Assembly: GCA_044221725.1 (NCBI GenBank)
Contig: JBGAON010000001.1
Coordinates: forward strand, 384,001 to 448,000
DNA from: Elusimicrobiota bacterium
Lineage (GTDB): Bacteria; Elusimicrobiota; Elusimicrobia; F11
DNA length: 64,000 nt
Direction: 5' to 3'
Under the pieces are notes generated by a model. That model was not told the DNA's origin, did not search any database, and worked only from the letters and a program-made list of their open reading frames with translations. The translations under genes and the position numbers were made by a program. Below, one piece after another: positions 1 to 7,600 of this stretch; within the stretch, counting starts at the first letter, position 1; each line of letters begins with the position of its first letter.

Positions 1-461
1 TTGATCGCGCGGATCGCTACTCGTACAACATTGCTTTGATCATGATGGATGTCGATCACTTCAAGGCGCTGAACGACAGCCATGGGCATTTGATGGGCGA
101 CAAGGCGCTCGAGTATTTGTCGCAAGTGATTCGAAGCAACATTCGCCGAATCGATTTGGCCGCTCGGTATGGCGGGGACGAGGTGGTGCTCGTTCTGCCG
201 GAAATCACCGAACAGGAAGCGCTGCTGATGGGGGAGCGTTTGCTAAACGCAGTAAAAAAGGGAGTTCTTATTTCGTCGGATGGGGCGAAGGTGCAAATGT
301 CGGTTAGCATGGGTGCGGCGCTTTATTCGACGGACGCCCGCAACGCCCGGGACCTCATTGATGCGGCGGACAAAGCCCTGTTTTGGTCGAAGAAAAATGG
401 GCGCGGCAACATCTGTTTCTACCGAACGATCCCCGCGCCGACCGAAAAAACAACGGCTTAA
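1..461 (+). CDS. Diguanylate cyclase, GGDEF domain (5'-truncated by window edge)
   Basis: Frame is open from base 3 (DRADRYSYNIALIMMDVDHFKALNDSHGHLMGD). It has RRID (RxxD I-site) followed by LAARYGGDEV, and ADKALFWSKKNGRG near the C-terminus. Confidence 0.93.
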   Translation, partial: DRADRYSYNIALIMMDVDHFKALNDSHGHLMGDKALEYLSQVIRSNIRRIDLAARYGGDEVVLVLPEITEQEALLMGERLLNAVKKGVLISSDGAKVQMSVSMGAALYSTDARNARDLIDAADKALFWSKKNGRGNICFYRTIPAPTEKTTA

Positions 462-580
462 GAATTTCCTTCGAAACGGCGGTCAAAAGTGGTAGAAAGC
501 CGCCGCTAAAAACAACATCCCCCTCCCTAACAAAACGCGTTGAAACGACGGGTTCTTTTGCGCCCAAAATGTTTGCAGCT

Positions 581-626
581 TTTTAACGATTTCTTAAGGA
601 GATCTTAAGGGAGGGTTGTCTAGAAT
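581..626 (+). promoter_or_regulatory. Putative promoter: three 11-bp-periodic TTAA boxes followed by a -10-like TAGAAT
   Basis: TTAA at 583, 594 and 605 (TTAA-N7-TTAA-N7-TTAA; tcttaagg exact at 592 and 603). TAGAAT at 621-626 lies upstream of the 661 operon. Confidence 0.45.
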
Positions 627-660
627 CGAAGTAACCGATGTCGGACCTTCGGTGTCTTAG

Positions 661-1650
661 ATGAGTTGGATTATGGGCATGAAACGCAACGGCGTGCATT
701 TCTTGAAATTCCTTTTCCTCGGGCTGATGTTGAACGCGGGGATTTCGTGCACAGCATCCGCTGCTTTTCAAGAAGCTCTCTGGGGCGCTCGCCCCGCTTC
801 TCTTGTTGGTGCCTACACCGCTCTTGCCGATGACTCAAATTCGCCCGCCTACAACCCCGCCGGAATCAGCATGCTCTCGCAGAATGAACTCACGTTTATG
901 TACGCCCGGCTTTTCTCGGGTGTTAATTTTTATGCCGGGGAAGACACCTCGCGTTTGGGTCTCGGTTATTTCAGTTTCGCTCCAAACATTCGGGACAAGA
1001 AATACGGCAGTTACGCGATCAGTTGGAGCAATTTCGCCGCCACAAATCTTTACCGTGAAGACACTCTTACTTTTACCGCCGCCGATTCGTACCAGTTTGA
1101 ATCGGTAAATTCCAAACCGATTTTATCGTATGGCGCGAATTTGAAATTCTTGCGCCGTTCGTTTTCGACCGATCAACGCACGGACCAAGATCCCGTGTTC
1201 AAAAACGGGCGGGATTCAACAGGGGTAACACTTGATGCCGGTCTTCAATTGCGCCCGAACTGGAACGTTTTGCCCGGTTTGCGTTTCGGTTTAACCGGAC
1301 AAAATTTAACCGAACCCGACATTGGTTTGGCCGCTACCGATCGCGTCCCGCTCCGCGTGGCTTTTGGCGCCGCTTACCAAGATCCGAACCTTCCGCTTTT
1401 TGGCCCCGCTGTGGAAATTTCTCAGCGCTCGGGTCGCACGCTCGTTACGGGCGCCTGGGAAACGTGGGTCTCAAAAAACACGCTCGCGTTTCGCGCCGGT
1501 GCGAACGCCGATGAAATCGGCGGCGGCGTGGGATATCAATTTCGTCTGCTAAGCAAAATGATGATGCGTTTCGATTACGCGATTCTGTGGCCGCTGAACA
1601 TTGACGGCACCAACGGAAGTCATCGCGTGTCGATCTCAGCATCGTTTTGA
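661..1650 (+). CDS. Outer-membrane beta-barrel, PorV/PorQ/PorP(SprF)-like (FadL-type N-terminal motif); start may be 679
   Basis: Signal peptide, GARPASLVGAYTALADDSNSPAYNPAG motif, amphipathic beta-strands and a C-terminal beta-signal SHRVSISASF. Confidence 0.75.
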   Translation: MSWIMGMKRNGVHFLKFLFLGLMLNAGISCTASAAFQEALWGARPASLVGAYTALADDSNSPAYNPAGISMLSQNELTFMYARLFSGVNFYAGEDTSRLGLGYFSFAPNIRDKKYGSYAISWSNFAATNLYREDTLTFTAADSYQFESVNSKPILSYGANLKFLRRSFSTDQRTDQDPVFKNGRDSTGVTLDAGLQLRPNWNVLPGLRFGLTGQNLTEPDIGLAATDRVPLRVAFGAAYQDPNLPLFGPAVEISQRSGRTLVTGAWETWVSKNTLAFRAGANADEIGGGVGYQFRLLSKMMMRFDYAILWPLNIDGTNGSHRVSISASF

Positions 1651-1710
1651 TCAGCAGATGAATGTTGTTCAGGCTTTGTAGAAAAGTAATTGGCTCAAAG
1701 GAGAGCAAAA

Positions 1711-2544
1711 ATGAAAAAGAAACTAGCAGTACTCGCGTTTGTCGCAACAGCGATCGGCGCATGGACGCCGTCGTGGGCGTTCCAGTTGGTTCAAATCGAA
1801 ACAGTAACCGCGACGGCGGTGACAGGAGGAGCGAAGGTTGCGCGGTTTAACTTCGTTATTCGTGACGCTGCGAACGTAAACGGCCCGAACCGTCCGAACC
1901 TCGGATGGTCCGGTGTTGATCCTCTGTCAACCCAATGGAAAATGTCAGATCAGGTTATCGTGATGGCTTCCACGGTTACCGACGCTGCCGGTGGTATTCA
2001 GATCCACACCGACAACACGGCGGCCGATGCATCGCCGAAGTTTGTTGATCCGACCCCGGGCAACCTCATTAATCCAGATTCGAACGCTGCCGGTTTGTTG
2101 CAGGGCACCTCGGGAGTAACGTCAACGGTTTTGCCGATGGCGTGGAGCATTAAGGACTCGTCGCGTACCGTTGAAAGTGGAACCGTCAATACCGGAATCG
2201 GCGCCGCCGATCCAAACAACGGCCCAATCACGGCGGTCTACAACACGAAGTATCAGTGGCTGTTCGTGACCGATAAATTCAACGTGCAAGGTATCGACTA
2301 CAGCGGTGATGGGCTCGTAACGCCTGGTCCAAATTCTCCGGACGCCGCTCCGTTCGTGAATGGCGCCAAGTACATCACGATGCGCAACTCGACCGGTATT
2401 CACTTCGGTCAAGCGGATGGTGAGTTTGCGTCGGTTCCTCAGGGACAAACGAACTATGTTTACTTCGAAGCCAACTTCTTGGGTTCGCAAGTGCAACAGA
2501 CGTATCAAACAACGACTCTGCGTCTGGAAGCCTTCATCCAATAA
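1711..2544 (+). CDS. Secreted small subunit, putative major fibre/pilin-like (WxL-like) protein, 277 aa
   Basis: AAGGAG RBS at 1698 before ATG 1711. Sec signal MKKKLAVLAF...PSWA. The domain is clearly homologous to the C-terminal ~205 aa of CDS 4644-8621. Confidence 0.6.
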   Translation: MKKKLAVLAFVATAIGAWTPSWAFQLVQIETVTATAVTGGAKVARFNFVIRDAANVNGPNRPNLGWSGVDPLSTQWKMSDQVIVMASTVTDAAGGIQIHTDNTAADASPKFVDPTPGNLINPDSNAAGLLQGTSGVTSTVLPMAWSIKDSSRTVESGTVNTGIGAADPNNGPITAVYNTKYQWLFVTDKFNVQGIDYSGDGLVTPGPNSPDAAPFVNGAKYITMRNSTGIHFGQADGEFASVPQGQTNYVYFEANFLGSQVQQTYQTTTLRLEAFIQ

Positions 2545-2565
2545 CGATTGTTCGGAGTTTCGATC

Positions 2566-3363
2566 ATGATTAAAACGCCAGAGTGGTGGAACCGAAAGGT
2601 TCCGCCACTCGGCGGTTTTTTCACGTTGCTTCTTTTGGCGGGTGCGCCCCCTGCGGCGCGCGCGTTCGAAATTGCGCCGTCTTACCAGTTGTTAAAGGCG
2701 CAGCCCGGGAAATCCGTGGACTCGCAATTAACATTAACGAACACCGACCAGGAAGAAATCAGCGTTGAACCAGAAGCCAAGGATTGGCAATCGCTCGAGG
2801 TGAACCGTGGGATCAAGGTGGCTGATTGGTTGTCTGTGGATAAGAAAATGTTTTTCTTGAAGCCCGGCCAATCGCGAACCATTAAGTTCTCGGCGCGTGT
2901 GCCAAAAAATGCGCACGGCGAGCTTATGGGAATGCTTTCTTTTGCCACGAAAAAGGAATCGGCTCAATCCATCACGTTCAAACTGAGCTCAGCGGTTTAT
3001 GTCGAAGTGGTTGGTACACAAAAGATCGACGCGCACGTGGACGCTATTACGATTCAATTGTCATCAAACACGCAGGTGGGATTGCTTGTGATCAATCGAG
3101 GGAACATCCATGTTCGTCCTCACTCCTACGTTCAGATTCTCAACGAAAAAAAGAGCCCGGTAGGCAACGTGGTCATTGCGCAGAATGAGCCTGTTTTCCC
3201 CGGAATACCAAAGCCAATTTTCGGAACCATTAGAAATTTTCGTTTGCCCGCGGGGACGTACACCGCACAGATTTCGATGCAAGACACGGACCACAACATG
3301 GAATTTCAGCCCGTGACAAAAAAGTTTTCGCTTTCGGAGAAAGGGGAGTTGACCGAAAAATAG
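2566..3363 (+). CDS. PapD-like / DUF916-like periplasmic chaperone (two Ig-like domains)
   Basis: GGAG RBS at 2554, ATG 2566, signal peptide ending AARA. Motifs FEIAP...PGKSVDSQLTLTN, DWLSV...LKPGQSRTIKFSARVP and INRGNIHVR match fimbrial-chaperone/DUF916 patterns. Confidence 0.6.
   Translation: MIKTPEWWNRKVPPLGGFFTLLLLAGAPPAARAFEIAPSYQLLKAQPGKSVDSQLTLTNTDQEEISVEPEAKDWQSLEVNRGIKVADWLSVDKKMFFLKPGQSRTIKFSARVPKNAHGELMGMLSFATKKESAQSITFKLSSAVYVEVVGTQKIDAHVDAITIQLSSNTQVGLLVINRGNIHVRPHSYVQILNEKKSPVGNVVIAQNEPVFPGIPKPIFGTIRNFRLPAGTYTAQISMQDTDHNMEFQPVTKKFSLSEKGELTEK
2572..2621 (+). terminator. Strong intrinsic terminator-like hairpin inside the 5' end of the chaperone gene
   Basis: cgcc-a-GAGTGGTGGAACC-GAAA-GGTTCCGCCACTC-ggcg followed by T6 (2616-2621): a 13-bp core stem with one G-U pair and a GAAA tetraloop. 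Confidence 0.7.
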
Positions 3364-3369
3364 CTTTGT

Positions 3370-4644
3370 ATGAGAGACCGGAAACGTAAAAATAATTGGA
3401 GTGGCGGCTTCGCTCTGGTGCTTGGTTTGGCGCTGGCTGCTTTCTTGCGCCCTGTTTCTGCATTCCAGATTGTGCAGACCTCCAATGTTACGTGCCGCGT
3501 GGTGATTGGCGGAGTTCCTCCGGGCAAATTGAAGTTCCAGCATAATCCTCTTCAAAAGGTTTCCCCGGTGGACGATATGATCATTATCATGGGTCAGGCT
3601 GGTTCCGAAGTTTTACCGACCCAGCCCACGTACGAAGAGTCGCTTAAAACGAATTCGGATTTTGGGCCAGCAGAAGATCGGAAGATCCGCGTCGTTGTTC
3701 AATACCGATTTGTTCCCTCGCTCGATAATCAAGACTCCGTGCCGTTCGTAACGTCGAGCAATATCGAGGGTCCGGATCCTACACCGTTTGCTTTTCAAAT
3801 TGATCCGGCGTCCGTTCAACCCGGTTTCTTCCAATATCGGTTTGTCGCAACCGGATTGAATTTCGTGAACGGGCAGCTTGTCCCGATTTCACAAACAACC
3901 GGAGAATTGTTTACGGTTGGTGTGCAGGCCAACGCAAGCCAGGTTTTCGGCCCGGCGGGCGGCACGTTTATTCTTGCGAACGGAAACCAAGCAGTCGGCC
4001 AAACATCGTTGGCAATTCCTTCCGGTGTGTTTCGGCAGCCAACAACGGTTTCAATCGATGAGATTCCCTCGAATAGCCCCAGTGTTCCTGCTGGACTTAA
4101 CAATCCAATCAGCGTGTTTCATCTTGATTCCGACGGGCCGGCACGCGGAATTTTCCAGTTATCGCTTGTGTATCCGGACTTTGAATATCCGCGAGGTCGC
4201 GACGGGGTTGTTGATGGCACGAATATTCCGGTTCAAAACCTTTCAATCCAGTGGTGGGACGGGTTTGTGTGGCGCGGTGGCGGCGGGACAATCAACACAA
4301 AGACAAATACAATCTCGACGCGCATCAGCGCTTTGAGTTTCGTCGCAATAATGGCGGCGCCTGTGATGACGCCGGAGGATCGGCGACCGCTGGAACGCGT
4401 GATCACACCGAATAGCGACGGCATTAACGATGTGCTCAATTTTGCGTTTGGTGATTTGGCCGAAGATGTAAAAGTGGAGATTTTTGATGTCGGCGGTCAC
4501 CGCGTGCGAACGCTTCATAGTTTGACAAACATGCAATGGGATGGTCGCGATGATGACGGCAAAGTGGTGGAAAGCGGTGTTTACATTTATCAATACGACG
4601 TCAACAGCAAACGCATCAGCGGCGTCGTCGCGGTGGCGAAATAA
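3370..4644 (+). CDS. Secreted protein with a subunit-like N-terminal strand and a C-terminal T9SS type-B-like (gliding-motility/FlgD-Ig) sorting domain; putative anchor
   Basis: Signal peptide ending PVSA, mature start FQIVQTSNVTCRVVIGG. The C-terminus reads ITPNSDGIND...VEIFDVGGHRVRTL...WDGRDDDGKVVESGVYIYQ...SGVVAVAK. Confidence 0.75.
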   Translation: MRDRKRKNNWSGGFALVLGLALAAFLRPVSAFQIVQTSNVTCRVVIGGVPPGKLKFQHNPLQKVSPVDDMIIIMGQAGSEVLPTQPTYEESLKTNSDFGPAEDRKIRVVVQYRFVPSLDNQDSVPFVTSSNIEGPDPTPFAFQIDPASVQPGFFQYRFVATGLNFVNGQLVPISQTTGELFTVGVQANASQVFGPAGGTFILANGNQAVGQTSLAIPSGVFRQPTTVSIDEIPSNSPSVPAGLNNPISVFHLDSDGPARGIFQLSLVYPDFEYPRGRDGVVDGTNIPVQNLSIQWWDGFVWRGGGGTINTKTNTISTRISALSFVAIMAAPVMTPEDRRPLERVITPNSDGINDVLNFAFGDLAEDVKVEIFDVGGHRVRTLHSLTNMQWDGRDDDGKVVESGVYIYQYDVNSKRISGVVAVAK

Positions 4645-7600
4645 TGGAAGCGAATAACTATTGTCGTCATTCCCGCGAAAGCGGGAATCTAGGTCTCAAG
4701 CAATTTTTTGAATTCAGGCTCAAAGCCTGGATTCCCGCTTTCGCGGGAATGACGTTATTGCTTTTGCCCGGACTGGTTCATTCCGAAGCGACGAAGGAAT
4801 ATACGCGCGACGCCGGAATTTATAGCGCGAACCCGTTCAGTATCTTCACGTTCTCGTTTAGCTCGATCAACGTTGATTTTGATTCCACGTCGGACCCGAA
4901 CCCGCCAGAGGGATTAAAAGTCGCGAGCACAACCGTCGCGACCCAATGGGGAGGATGGGGAATATTCAATACGACCGCGATGGGCAACAACGTCGTTACC
5001 GATTTGAATTTTTCGGACTATGTGAACGGGCATTTGCGATTCTGGTTAAAAAGCCAAATTGCGCTTGATGTAAAGATCGAATATCAGCAGGGGTCGAATG
5101 CCGTGCAAGTTTCCAGCAGCGTGGCCAGCACAGGCAACGCGTGGAAAGAAATTGTAATTCCATTGCAGTCGGGTGGCTTTGGTCTAAACAACGGTCAGAT
5201 GAACCGCATCCGTTCTCCATTTATTGTGGTGGCTCCGCAAACGACCGGCGTGCAAAAGCAATGGTTCATCGATCACGTGCGCTGGACAAAACCTGTCACG
5301 TCCATCGTTATGTATCCGCCGTCGACCACGGTTCAACAAGGTTTCCACCGCTTGTTTACCGCGGAAGGTCGCGATGCCGCGAACGAACGTGTCATTATTT
5401 ACCCCACGTTCAGTGTTTCTCCGACGGTCGGAACATTTACTCCGGCTGACCCGACTCCGGTCACAGCGTCACGCTTGAACGCGACCGGCGCGAGCGGCGT
5501 TGCAAACGCGGTTTTTTCACCGCTATCGGCGTCCTCCGTGGTCACCATTACCGGATCTCACATTAATGACGAGCTTGGGTTGCTTAGTGAAACAATCCCG
5601 TCGTCGTTGATCCTTAATACTGACAGCGAGTTGGATGTGTCCTCGGGCGGCGGCGGGACGGATCCGGTGTTATTGGATGAATCGAGCAGTGATGTACGGG
5701 AGGGCGTGCGCCGTTTTAAAACGACCATCAGCGCGCAGCCGGCGAATGGCTTTAGCGGGTGGTTTATTCAATGGAGTACGAACGCCGCGAACACGGTGAC
5801 ACGCGACATGAGCAATTATTACGACGGATCGTTGCGGTTCTGGTTCAAAGGTCCGGCCGCTCTACAAAACGTACTCCAGATTTCTGTTCGGTCCGGAAAT
5901 ACCGAAGCGGGCACCGAACTATCAAAAGTGAATCTCAAGAACTACGTGACGTTCGATGACACGTGGCGACCGGTTGTCATTCCCATTTCCGATTTCACTG
6001 GTGCGCGGCCCAAAGCCGATTTGTCGCGCATGAAAATATTGTTCGGAGCTTTTGCGGTCGGTGCCGTTGGAAGCGTACAAACGTTCTATATCGATAATCT
6101 TCGCTGGGACACAAATATTCCCGGCGCGCTGGCATCGCTCACGGTGTCGCCAGCATCGGTGACGGTTCCGCTTTCAGCGAAACGCCAATTCGTCGCCAAA
6201 GGCTTCGACGCGAACGGCGTGTCCGTTGACATCTTCCCAACATGGACAATCACCGGTGGCATCGGTTCGGTAAACCCATCGCAGGGGGCCATCACGCAAT
6301 TGACCGCCGCCAGCTCCGCGCAATCGGGAACTCTCAAAGCCAGTCAAGGAGCGGTATCAGCGACCGCGTCGGTAAACGTGGCCGATGTTCAATGGGTGCA
6401 GTCGTTCAACGTGTATTCGGACAATGGGTCTGGCGGATTTGTTGGAGTTGCTAAGGGAACGAACAACGGCACCGTGATGAATTTGAGCGAGCAAAATTTG
6501 GGCGCGGGCGTGGCGCCCGAAGGAAAATTTGTGCGCCAATCGAACTACACACTCGTTAACAATCCGAATCTTCAAGACGCGTTCGCGATTTGGTTCACCA
6601 ACGCGGACGCGGGCACCGGCTCGCGCTTCATGCATTACTTTGATACGGGCTATCTTTATTTTTGGGTACGCACGACTCAGGACCTACAAATCTCGATTCG
6701 CTCCGCCAACATAACAGCGGGGAACGAGCGTTCGAAATTTCGATTGAGTGAGCTTGGTGTTCCGCTCGACAACAATTGGCAGAAAGTGGTGATCGCGCTT
6801 GCCGATTTCAAGAACCGCGAACCGCTTTTGGATTTTGACCAGATTCAAACGTATTTCGCTATCGGCGCCGTGTCGTCGCAGATTGGGCCTGTTACGAACC
6901 AAACGTTTGACGTCGATGATGTGAAATGGCTCACGAACAATCCGGGCCAGCCCGACGACAACAAGATTTACATTGGTCTCAAAGAGAAACAGGCCGCGGG
7001 GGGGCTTGTGCGGTCGTTCGATACGTTGCTCGATGCGTACACCTACGATCAGGCGCTTGCCGCTATGAATTACACGTACCGAAAGGACGTGGCGTTATCC
7101 AAAAAAGTTTTTGACGTTTATAAATATGTCCATGATAATTACGGCGGTACCTTCAGCGGTTTTCACGAGGATTACAACATCAATTCGGCGGTGGGCGGGT
7201 ACACGGTGCTGAATAGCAGTCGCGTCGCCGGGCCAAACGCTTGGATTCTTCTCGCGATGATTCATTACCGGAATGTAACGGGTTCCACCGCGTACGACAC
7301 GGTGATTAACGACGTGGCGGCGTGGTTGCGCGGATTGCAGGGGGCTGACGGTGCTGTGCAGTTTGGGCGTGTAAATTCGACATTGATCACTCTTAAATCC
7401 ACCGAACACAATTTCGATGTGGTGGCCGCGTTTCGCGCGTACGCAAAAATGAGTGGCAACAGTGCGTACAACAGTTACGCGGACGCCGCGCGCAATTGGC
7501 TTCAGACACAAATGTACGTTCCCGCCCAGCAACGTTTTAACGTGGGCACGTACGCGAACGGAACCACAAACACGGATCGTGCGCTCGACGCTTATTCGTG

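Noticed and set aside
462..660. c-di-GMP riboswitch between the DGC and the operon
   Set aside because: I could not find the GEMM consensus elements by eye; an Rfam scan would be needed to exclude it fully.
661..1650. Barrel as a classical fimbrial usher
   Set aside because: At ~330 aa it is far smaller than FimD/PapC ushers (~800 aa) and carries a PorV/FadL-type N-terminal motif instead.
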